This document shows positions 52,415-63,700 of a DNA stretch of 64,000 bases, piece by piece; within the stretch, counting starts at the first letter, position 1; each line of letters opens with the position of its first letter. Origin of the DNA: Cenococcum geophilum (Eukaryota); assembly GCA_050273025.1 (NCBI GenBank), contig CP158635.1:17856001-17920000 (forward strand), in the 5' to 3' direction. The translations under genes and the position numbers were made by a program. Under the pieces are notes generated by a model, which ran no database searches, had not been told where the DNA came from, and was given only the letters and a program-made list of their open reading frames with translations.

Positions 52415-52991
52415 TTAGACACGCTTACCACAGAGGCAACGAGCAAGTTAAACGTCTTTACTCTCTATTACAGCCGTTAGTTGTTATAAATGATGAGAGG
52501 AACGTGTATTAAATACGGATAGTAACTTGCTTGGCGTAGATCGCGCATATATTAGCGTCTTTAAAAAGAGTAATAAGGTATACTTCGGCGCTCTCTTATA
52601 GAGTGCTAATAGCAGAGCTTTAGAAGCGGAGATCACTTTTAAAGACCTAAGCAATTTTACGGACTAGATGTTAGAATAGGCGTTTGCGGATTAAGAGCTT
52701 GGTACTCTTCTAATAGCGATAGATTTTACGAAGAGTAACGGTACCAGGCTTGTACCTATAAGGCCTCTTATAGGCGGCCTTACTAGCGAGATGCTTATAA
52801 GGGGTTTTCCCACCTATAGGCCTACCTATTAAATTAAAGTGAGAAAATAGGAGGCCGATGGTGTTAAGGAATTAAGCCCTTTATCTCTAACCCTGTTAGT
52901 GAATAGAACTGTGGCCGGAACTAACGCGTTAAAGGTAAGCGGATAAAAATAGACGGTTTGACTTATAAGCAGTTTATTTAGTGCGAGCCAT
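52415..52991 (-). pseudogene. RIPed, diverged histone H3 gene (3 exons: 52991-52967, 52825-52517, 52464-52415)
   Basis: Exon 1 ATG GCT CGC ACT AAA TAA ACT GCT = MARTK(Q)TA. Exon 2 contains GGK.P.KHLASKAA, RYKPGTV.LR, KST.LLIRK, FKSDLRF.SSAI and CAI.AK.VTI. Exon 3 QSKDV(Q)LAR.L.G.RV*. Intron 2 is GT...CTAAC...TAG; the intron 1 donor is RIPed to ATAAGT. Confidence 0.95.
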
Positions 52992-54999
52992 TTATAGTAC
53001 TATGTGCTGTGCTAACGCTCTAGCTTTTAGAGTTTTAACTAGTTCCACCTTAAAGCAGCTTAAGTAAGTATCTACATTCGCATATATCCCTTATTAAATT
53101 GCTTGTAGTTATATTTTAAATCTAGTATTAGGCACCACATGTCCGCGAAGTAAGAACGGCACGGCATGATTAAACGCTGCTTAGTAGTAGAGGAGCGCTA
53201 GGCATAGACATTATCCCTAACAGTTTAGACAAAGTATTTAACGAAAGCGGTAGTGTTAATGTGTAGAAAAGAATTCACGTTTTAAAAATAGGCTTTTATT
53301 ATATCTATTTATTAGTTATCCTCGCCCCTAATATATAGGAGCCCTAGAAGGCCATATATAATTTATAGGAATCCAATTTTAGAACTATAAACGAGTCCGG
53401 AATATTGTTTAACTTTTAGTTAAGGTGATGAGACTTAAAAACAAGCTGGCTATTTTAGAGCACCTAAGCTATAAAGATATAAGGCGAATATACAATGGTT
53501 GTAAAGCTGAGGTAGTATACTAATATCGTATAATTAAGTGGTCTTAGGATAGTACGAGCGGGGGACGTAAAGATATAGAGAGAAACCCTAAATTAGCAAC
53601 TAGGGACTTATTTCTAAGATCCTTTTAAATATAAGCTAACTTAGGAGCGTAGTTTAGAAGCTAATTTAGAACCTAAGGCACCAAATTTTTATAAGAGACT
53701 ATTTTGTAGTCCCCTTACTTACTCTCTAAACTACAGTAGCGAAGCCTTATTTAGAGATTTTGGTGCCTTTCCCGAACCCCTTTCTATTAGGCTTAAGAAC
53801 GTGTCTAAAATTGGCCTATATACCTATAGGTGCTTATTCTAGCAATATAGTAGATATAATGCTTTATAAACTAAAAGTCTAAGCCGCGGGGCTTGCTATA
53901 ATATAGAGATTGTTAGTCTATATTCTTATACCGCCTCCTATACTATAGGATATAAGTGCCAATATAAGGGGTGTAAACTTGCTTATAAAAGTAGCGCTTC
54001 ACTTAAACGACATATTAAAAAGGCTTACCTTCCCCCTTAAGATTATGTAGTGTATGGGGGATGCCATACCGGTTTTTGTTTTATGGGTAGAGTATAAACA
54101 CCATATATGTTTAAAAGAGTTTAGAAAAACAAAAGAGATATAATAAAGAGATCTTTAGGGGGTTATACTAGCGTATTATTACTGCTTAGGACAAGAGCGA
54201 AATAGTAGCCATTAGCTATTACATTTTAGTCTTGCTCCGCTTATATTCTTCTTACAATTATATATCTTAAAATGATAAGATGCTAGGAAAAATGGAATTC
54301 TAAATCAAAGGGCATAGGCATATAAGAAGACGTCTAAATTGTTTCTATATAATATAAAACGTACAACCTTAATAACTGCTTTAACAGTCGTTTAATTTAA
54401 CTAGTCCTTACTATATAGGGTAGTTGCAAGAAAGCTTAACATACCGAGATTAACTAGAGAACGTTAATATTTTTTAACCCCCGTATGCGATTAGCTTAAA
54501 AGTTTAGATAACGTCGATAATATAGAGATGGTTTTTGCCGTTACCCTAAAGATACTATTCGCTGTAGATAAACTATAGCTATTTCTCTTAGTATATATTC
54601 TAATAGGCTTAAATAAATAAGAAATACTTGTGTAGGCAAGCAATGGATTAAAAGAAGTGTATTATAGTTCCGCTGCTAGTAGTATAAGAGGCTAACATTG
54701 TAAGCCTTATCGAGATGCTTAACTAACTGTCTTTAGCTACTAGATAAGCCACAGCCTTTATTAGCAAATACTGCTGTAAACTAGAAGATTACCTTAAAAT
54801 AAGCCGAGGAGTCTAACTAGATTAAATGTTTAAAGGTCTGTATAATCTAAGATAAGACATAGATGCTCCGAGCTCTATTATCTGGATATAGAGATTATCC
54901 TTTAACCTTATACAAAATGCAAGCTAAGAGCGGTAGAGATACTTGTCTTAGTAGCCGTTTTAAACTAATAGGGAATCCCGAAATTACTTCTTTATAGAG

Positions 55000-55670
55000 A
55001 TAGCGAGCGGAGCGTTGAATTTACCGCTGCGATTAGAATCCTATAGTCGTTTTCCTTAATTCCTATTAAGTATTCGTAGGCTTCTTTAGCTTATCGGTAT
55101 TTTTTTAGTACTTTTGAGTTTAAAACTCGGCAATATGCCTTATAAGACAATCCTCCGTAGTAGCTGCGACATTCTCTAACTCTGGAAGTTGTAGAACTGC
55201 ACTATACACCCTAAACAAGTGCGTATTGTTTTTAATGCCAGCGATTATAGCGTTGGGATTAATATACGCCTAAGCGTTATAAATGTCAAGCGCGAGCATA
55301 GCTTGGTATACCGCTGATATTAAAGGTAAAGTTGGACTTAGACAGTAGGGATGACTTAGTTTCGGTATAGGATCTAGTCTTAGCTTGGTAGACTGTTTTA
55401 AGGTAATTAATAACGTGTGTAATGGCGTAGGTAGAAGCCGAGCCTATAGGGAGACGGAAAGCTGTTTTGTCTTAATTTAGTAGATGCGAGAAGTAGTTAC
55501 GCGCATGCGTGGATGTGTGTATTAGTAGCTGCTTAGGTACATCGCAAACTTTCTCCGCGCCGCTTAGAGTATTTATTAAAATAGTGACTTTGGGACCGTC
55601 AAGGAGATTTAGGCGATCTTTTAGGTCAAAGTTAATTAAGTGGACTAAATCGTTGGCCTACTTAGAAGTG
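55000..55670 (-). pseudogene. RIPed gene with a BTB/POZ-like N-terminal region; limits approximate
   Basis: LLDGPKVTILINTLSGAEKVCDVPKQLLIHTSTHARNYFSH resembles the BTB start pattern (V.I.V......VPK.LL...S..F). Judged by eye only. Confidence 0.4.
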
Positions 55671-56973
55671 GTTAAGGGTATAAAGGTACATAAAGGAGGT
55701 AGATTTACTTAAGTCGGTAGAGTTATAAAAGGCAGTGATTTACTTTAAGCTAGATAACTAAAGAAGAAGCCGGGCTATTTAGAGTGCTAATTAATAGTTA
55801 ATATAAGAACTCTGGTTACTAATCGCGATATATAAAGCTATTGACTAAGAATCCAGTTCACTACTAGAGAAGAAAGAGGGCAGAAATTTATCTATATATG
55901 CATTGACGGTTAGAATATCGCTTAGTGCGGGAGCACTAAAGGATACCGTAGTAATATTCGCCACTATTCTCATTATGGGCTAAGTCCTAGTATTTGTTCA
56001 TAACTTCTAGATCTAGAAACGGTTTTGGTAATAGACCTAGAAATAGATCTAAAATAAAGTAAAGGAGTTTTGCCTTCAAACCCTTACAGTATTATAAAAG
56101 CATTCCTCCTGGTCTCCTTTAAAGTACTTACTTACTTCTCTAGTATTCGCTGTAATATTCGGATATAGGTTTAAGGGAGCACTAATCTTTTATATGGCTC
56201 TCTAGATCCGATTCCTCTACCTAGCCCTATTGCCTGTACTTTTCTTATAACATAGTTAGATAGCGAGACTAGCCATAAATCCCTTGCTCTTTTAATTTCG
56301 GAATATAATATTCTAGTTATAATTAAATGTGCTAAAAGGGCTTTTTTGCTCCTGGACTAATTAATCCAAAACCTAACCTAAAGGATCCCTTAGATAACTA
56401 TGTTTAGATAGCTCTAAACTAACTCCCAGAGTATATAGAAATGGCCCCTTTAATTATAACTTAATTATAGTATTTTTTGGAGTAATATGCTTACCGATAG
56501 CTTCTACTATACAATACTATACTATACCGTCTAATTTTAAACTAATTCTAAAATATAATAGCATTAATCTATATTATAAATATGCTCCACTTCTAGGACT
56601 TTCTTTTTAGACTATAGACCCTTTATTTCTAGCTCTTGAGCCTAAATATAGCGACTATTAGATTAGGCAACATTTTTACTTTACTTATATGTTGAGAAAT
56701 AGTTGCGTTACTGGCATTCCACGCAGCTAAGTAAATCTCCTTCAATTTTTGGGGGGTTTTAGTAAAGATAACTATATTAAAGTAATAAATCTCTTATATT
56801 TATAAGCTAAAAAAATTCTTATCCTCTTCCTTTGCTTTATAAAAAGCTCTTTTCTAGCGGGCGGAGTTAGATAATAAGCTTTTATTTTAGGTGTACTAAT
56901 TGCTGTACGCCTTAGGTAAAACAGCTCTTTTCTAGCCTTCCTTAAGTGCTACTTTTAAACGTCTCGGCCTCTA

Positions 56974-57186
56974 CAGAGGTGCGTTGCAAAAGTCTTCGCC
57001 GCCCTTATTAGGCGGTCTTATGGGCGGTGGCTGCCTTAAGGTTAGTAAGGCAACGGGCTAGAAGCCGCCCAATGGCGCCTAAGGTCCCCTAAAACCGGCT
57101 TAAAATGCGCCCAATTTTCGGCTACATTCGGGCTCCTTTGGCTCAACCTAGGCAGGGCCGGCAAAGACTTCTGCAACGCACCTCCG
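56974..57186. mobile_element. 213-bp Tc1/mariner-type MITE
   Basis: 28-bp TIRs CAGAGGTGCGTTGCAAAAGTCTTCGCCG and revcomp CGGAGGTGCGTTGCAGAAGTCTTTGCCG (3 transitions), each flanked by TA; no ORF; more GC-rich than its flanks. Confidence 0.88.
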
Positions 57187-57392
57187 TACTATAAAATAAC
57201 TAGCCTAAAAAGGACCCTAGGTAGGCGTTAATTAGATATTATAGAATAGAACATTATATTTTATAACACTCCTATTAAGAAATGGAGGTTCTAAGGTCCT
57301 TATAAATTGAAATATATAGAATTCCCTGGCCTAAAGCTGGTCCTAAATTTGCTAACTAAATTTCCTTTTATATACGAAACCCTAAACAATAA

Positions 57393-59275
57393 AATGCAAT
57401 TAATCTACTAATTAAAAGATAGCTAGCACTGCACCTCTAGTTAATCCTAGTCCAGATTCTTCTAATAAAGATAAAGGCGACATTAGATATATTACCCCAG
57501 CGCCTACCCTAGCGGCTAGTAGTGAAGCTGTTATAGGAAACACTAGTTAATTAAATAATAACGCTACTAGTGGCGGTGAAGCTAATAGATCGAATAATAA
57601 CTCCGCTAGTAGTGGTAAAGCAAATAGATTAAATAATAACTCTACTGGTGGTGGTAGAGCAAACTAGGCTCGTTAGGATAGATTAAATGATAATAATAAG
57701 GAGTCTAATAATAAGGAGTCTAATAATAAGGAAGAAGGTACTAAAGAGCAAGTTAAGGTAATAAAAAAAGTGTCAGACTGTTATAAGCACGAGTACCACT
57801 AAATTTTTAGTGTAGAAGAAAATGCTGCGAAGGGAAAAATAACAGAAGCTGCTTATAAACGTAGGACACTAGTGCACCCTATCTACTATAAAAATTTATA
57901 GGCGGGCAGCGCCTTTAATAGTAAGTGGAGTGTAAATAGAACCTATTATATAAAGTTATACTATCCTTTATATTAGAGATTATGCATATAGCCCGCAAAT
58001 TAGGGGTTAAAGAAAGCACTCTAAACGAAATATGGATATAGGATGGTAAGATAAACCTCTTAGAGGATAATATGGATATTAATGACTATAATAATTCGTA
58101 GCCTATTAGTTTTATCTAGACCGTTTAGAAAGAAGCTACGGAACACTTAAGTAAACTCTATAAGGATTTAGATAATTCCGCTGCTATAGATTTGCTTAAG
58201 GCCCTAAATAGTAAAATTAAAGAATAGAATGGGAAGGACGACATTGACGTAAAATAATGGAATATTAATGCTTAGCATTTTTAGAACAATTATAGGTAGG
58301 TAAATAATTTATTTAACTGAATAATAGATTATCCGGAAGATAAAGAAGCTAAGCGCCGCTATAAAGAGTATATTAAATTGTTTGCGAAGTTTAATAAACC
58401 CTACCACTACCTAAAAGAATAGGCGCTTAAGCCTCTTACCCTGTAGACTATAGACGAAGAGCGGGCAAGGAGGGTTAATTAGCCACCTTGTTTGTCTCTA
58501 GCGTCTGCGTAGGCACTCTAAGAAGTAAGACCCGGGTTTATAAAGGAAGGTGAAATTTTTTTAGGAATGTAACTAATAGTATAAGTTAGTAGGGTTACCT
58601 AAGAAGAAATAATATAGAAGTGCATATTCTTTGTAGAGAAGGAGGGCCGTACTAATCCTATGAAATGCGTATAGAGTGATAAACTTAGATAGAAGGTAGC
58701 CGACGGTTATATTAAAGAACTGCCCGCGGCCTAAAGACGTGATATTTAAAACGTATAGTCTAAATATAGCTGGCAGGACCGTTGAAATTTCAACTATATT
58801 ATTGGTTGGAATTTTAATGAGGAAGGAACCGCGTCTAGGTACCTAGAATTGTTTAGTTAGTGCCAATTTAAAGACGGGACGTAAGATATCCTAAACTGGT
58901 AAGCTATGCGAAATATTCTCACGCCTAAGAAAGCATATGTAAAGATAGAAGATTTTTTTCTCGATAAAGACCTTCCTATTTTCTGGATAAAGAGGGCCCC
59001 TAGGAGTTAGTCTATTAGAGAGAAGCAGTACGCTATAGAAAGCTTAAGCCGTGAAAGAGGAAGAACGCTAGTAAGTAGTATACTAGTAAGAAGTATACTA
59101 GGGAGGAGTATAAGAAGTAGATTTAGAATAGGCTCTATAACCTCTAATAAAGGGCTTAAGTAACTAGACTTACTAGAGGATAGATAAAGAAAACTTAAGA
59201 AAGGCTAAGAAAAATTATAGATATAGATATAATAAGTACTAAATATACTGTAGCAACGAACCTATTCGGACTATT
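57393..59275 (+). pseudogene. RIPed multi-exon gene with a degenerate J-domain-like region (57758-57920); limits approximate
   Basis: VIKKVSDC.KHEYH.IF(G)VEENAAKGKITEAAYKRRTLVHPIY...AGSAFN followed by GTAAGT resembles DnaJ Y.ILGV...A....I..AY.....HPD....A..AF but lacks the D of HPD. Three 39-bp N-terminal repeats (57553-57665); C-terminal RS(T)(P) repeats (~59070-59120). Confidence 0.5.
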
Positions 59276-60361
59276 AGTTCCTACTACTACTTTAATTCCT
59301 ACTATCGTCCTATATATTCTTTTAGTCTACGCTCTATTATATTAACTAGCAACAGTGCCGTATATATACGCCGCACCCTTAACCTTATACGTATAAAACG
59401 CAACCTAGCTATAGCCATTTACGCTACTAAGCCCGTCTTAGTATTGTATTATAGGTAATATTTAATATTCTTAATAGGGTTTTAATATCTCTAAACCGTA
59501 TTTAGTAGCGTGTTAATCTACTATTAGGCATTAACGTACTAAGAAAAGGATTTTAAATTACCAGTTCCCAACTGTTATTCCAGAAGTAATTACCATTTTC
59601 ACTTATTCTAAATCTTTTTATTTTAAAGCCGCTTGAATTTTTAAATGCTTCTGTTTTTCCTACTAGATCTAATATTATAAGTAGATGAAATAGTTGTTAT
59701 TTTAAACTAATGCGGTTAAATTGTGACATAGATATTTATACTTTACTATAGGCATAATATGAGTTTCTAGTGCAATTACCTATTATTGCCCTATAGTGTT
59801 AATTAAATAAGAACTTATAACTTCGTACTATAGCTATATAATTAGGACATTCGAATAGAAGGATAGATTTTGTATTTTGGCCATTATCTCCTTATAAGAG
59901 ATTTTTAAGGAGATAAGCCCTTAGTGGGGAATATAGACTTTATTATCTAATTCCTAGTAAGAACGACGCCCCCTTATCTTATACGTTATTCGCTCTTAAC
60001 CTTTATTAAACGCAATCCGAATAGAATCTACATATACATTATAGATCGATTTCTTTACATAGCCTAGGGTGTAATTGCCGTCTAGGTTATCTTGGCGTAT
60101 TCGCTTAGAGCTAAGAGATTAAGATATCTTTCTAGTTAGGTCCCTAACTTGGCGCTTTCGCTTAGGGCTAATAGATTAAAATGCCTTTCTGGTTAAATCC
60201 TTATTACTACTTAAAATCTTAATGATTTTAAGAGGTGTCTTCCTAAATATAGCAGGGTGCTGCTTTATAGGTATTTAATTGTCCCTACTATACCCTCCTA
60301 AATCCATCTTATTTCCTTAATTAATTTTACTGTTATATCCCTAGCTGTGCCTAAAGCTAAC

Positions 60362-60796
60362 TTAATTATCTTTACCCCCACCTAGGCCGCGCTTAGGGAT
60401 GCCTTAGTCGTAGGTGCATTAATTATCCTTACCGCTACCTAGGCTGCGCTTGGGGGTGCCTTAATTATTCTTACTACCACCTAGGCTGCGCTTGGGGATG
60501 CTTTAATCGTCCTTATAGTTATATAGGCTGCGGTTAAAGGTATTTTAATTATTCTTACCCCCACCTAGGCTGCAGTTAGGGCTACTTTAATTGTCCTTGC
60601 CGCTACCTAGGCTACGCTTAGGTCTGCCTTAATTGTCCTTCCTGTTACCTAGGCTGTAGTTAGGGCTGCCTTAAGCGTTCTTATCGCCACTTAGGCTGCG
60701 TTTAGGTCTGCCTTAATCGTCCTTACTATTACCTAGGTTGCGCTTAGAGCTGCCTTAATTGTCCTTATTACTACCTAGGCTGCGTTTAGGGCGTAC
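60362..60796 (-). repeat. Ten 42-bp tandem repeats (one 15-bp insert), probably a coding 14-aa repeat G(S/T/R)PKRS(P)GGGKDN(Q)
   Basis: Unit ~TTAATTGTCCTTGCCGCTACCTAGGCTGCGCTTAGGTCTGCC starts at 60362, 60419, 60461, 60503, 60545, 60587, 60629, 60671, 60713 and 60755. Unit and insert lengths are multiples of 3. Confidence 0.9.
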
Positions 60797-63700
60797 TTAA
60801 ACCTAACTATGCTTAGCACTAGCTTATTCGTCTTTTCTATTAGTATAGTTAAGCTTAGGGAGGCCTTTATCTTCGCTATTAGTATTTATTGCTTTTACGT
60901 TAAGCAGGCGTTTAAAATCAACTTTAGCCATATTAGTGTAGGTATAATTTAGAAGGATAAAATTTTTGCCTTTAGATTGGCTTGTTATTATATCTTAATA
61001 TATTATATCGCCTTTTACGAACTTTCCGATAATAGTATGGAGGGTTGTTATAAACAAGGAATATTTCCCGAATTAAAGTCCCTAGGGGCCTTTAGAGTCA
61101 TTATTAGAGGCTGTTAAAACGGCAAATATAACTATATAAATGGCGTTATTAAAGAAATGGATAAGTAAGGTATGTTTATAAAACTAGGATTTTTTTAAAC
61201 TATCTAAACTTATTTGTAGGTTTACGGAATCTATCTCTAGTAGCGGCGCCGCAGCATTTCCTCCACACTCTTAAGGTTTTCCTTTTAATGTTTACAACAT
61301 TTCGTCCTTTACTTAAAAATCTGAAGGCTTTTCTATCCAGATTTATACTTTACCCATTTTTTAAGCATTATTGGCGTTAACGAAGGCAAGTTTTGTACTT
61401 TACAAGTCTATTAGTCTTACTATCCTTATATATAGTATAATATACTAACCATCCTTTATTCTAGATATGCTGGATACTTTTTACTTACTAGCGAGCTCCT
61501 AAACTGCGCCGTACTTTATATTATAGGTGTTAGGTTAGGATACGCTTGCCTACCTAGCGCAATGGCGCTAAGGTAAAGGACGATGCGATTTATCTTTAAG
61601 GAATGTCTTAGTTTCTTCTAGCACTCTTTATATTCCACTATAATCTTAGTAGATTAGCACATCTTAAGTATAGAAAAGTTTATAACTTAACGAATTCTTT
61701 TAAGTATGTTAATGGTGAAAGAGAGGATTTATATCTTAGCTTTAGTGTAATATAAACGAATAGCTATAGGTGCTGTAATGCCTAGTAATATAATAAGTCT
61801 CACAGCTTATAAGGCTCCGTTTTGATTAGAGATATATAACACAAATATATTAGTAGTAAAATTTGGATAAAAATGGCTATATATAGCAATACCGCCTTAA
61901 GAAAATGTACTTAAATAATTGGACTATTAAATATAAACCCCGGCTTTTTATCTCCACAGGACCTACTATTGTAAAGCCACTAAAAAGTAGGTATACTGTA
62001 GTTTACGTTGACCTAGATATTAGCCCTACCTTATAATATATATTACTGTATAACCGGACCCGCCCAGGACCTAGCATATTATCTTAAACTCGTACCTCCT
62101 AAAACTATAGTATATTCTCAGCCGCTAGCAGCTTACTTTAACGCTCTAGAAGCTTTTCCTATTCGTCTTTAAGAACCTTAAACTAAGTAGAGCGTGTTAG
62201 ATATAATAAGTTTAGCTTCCTCCTATATAAGCGTCTGCCGATCTTTATTACTAGGAGTTAAGGCTATACTTATATCCTAGATTACCAGAAATCGCTTCTA
62301 TTAAGTTTTAGAATATTTGGTAACAGCCTATATATTACTAGCTTTGGACCTAGCGGTAAGACTTATTATGTGTGGTGGTGTTAAAATTATAGGTAGCTTT
62401 GTATCGCCCTCTTTATTATAAGCCTATAATAACTACCCTGCTTTATTATAAGACACCTATTTTAGAAAGCAGTTAATTGGGTTCCCCTTACTGCGTTGCA
62501 GATGTAAGAGGAGCTGGGACTATTAGGCGTAATAGCTAAGTTTTGGTTCGCATAGAAGGAACTGACTATGGTACTAGCTACGCCCGATAGGGCGCGAGGA
62601 TGCACGCTGTTACTTTAGTCACATTTCCCCATTATTGCCTTAAGGCCTTTACCATATAGACCGGTCATTAAGAAAGGAGAATTTATTTAATAGATTGCGA
62701 AACCTCCCTAATGTTCCGTATAAGCTAGAAAACAGAACCTACTTATAAAGTAAAAGATTACCTTTGGTAGACTCTTTTATAAAGCTCCCTATACTCCTAG
62801 CTATTTATAATAATCGCTGTAAAGCCTAATACTAAGACTATATAACAGTATTATATATTAGTAAACTAATAGCTAAAATCGGAAGGGCTTTGTATATCTA
62901 AGTTGCGATTATAATATAACTAGTTTGCTTAACGGTTCAGAATATAAAGGAAACCGTTAATGTAAACTATATACTAATTAACTAAATAGAGAATGCGGAT
63001 GTAGGGTAATCCTATATATACACTAATCGCGTAAGCTAAAGAAGAATAGCATTTAAACAAAAAATATAAAGGCGCTAGACTGGCTTATCTCTGGGATATT
63101 CGCGTATTGCTACTAAGGTGCAAATAAGTGCGGTGGAAAAGTAACTAAAGAGCCCTATTTTAATAATAGAGGGGTTTAGATTCCTAGAAAGCTAAGCTAT
63201 TACAGTAAAAAGGGTAAGGTAAATAAATCTGTCGACGGGAGCCATAATCTTAAATATCTAAAAGGAAAAGAATAAAGGTAAAAGAGGGAGAGGGCTAGAT
63301 TATAAGGACATTGTTTATTAGAAATAAGGCGAGCTATATAACGCTATATTAGTTAAGCGGCTTTCTAGGTAAGTTAGCGCCTAATATAAAAGACGGCACC
63401 TAGGGCGTTTAGGGGCCAGTTACCTCCTAGTACTAAATTAGAGGCTAATTACACCTAATGGCGCAATGGGTTTCGGGTAATGCTATAAAGGAAAGGAGGA
63501 GAGTGTAAACCTTTTGTTTTTTAATAGAGCTAGTAACTTGTAAGCTTTCTATAATAACTATACTAAGCTTTGTCCTCTAGCTGTATATAGGTAAAATAGT
63601 GGCTTATTAACTTTCCCTCCTTAGGCATTATATGTTGTTATCGCTTGTTATTATCGCTCTAACCTTCCCGCTAGGATCATTCCGTACCAAATATTATTAA

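Noticed and set aside
52992..54300. Divergent histone H4 partner expected upstream of H3
   Set aside because: No RIP-compatible GKGGKGLGKGG or DNIQGITKPAIRR coding pattern seen; the H3 appears unpaired.
26758..55712. Short Ile/Leu/Tyr-rich ORFs in the ORF track across the AT-rich region
   Set aside because: Chance or residual frames in RIPed DNA; 31322-31561 is just a stop-free piece of the dead hAT transposase.
60362..60796. CRISPR-like array
   Set aside because: Contiguous degenerate 42-bp units without unique spacers, in a eukaryotic context.
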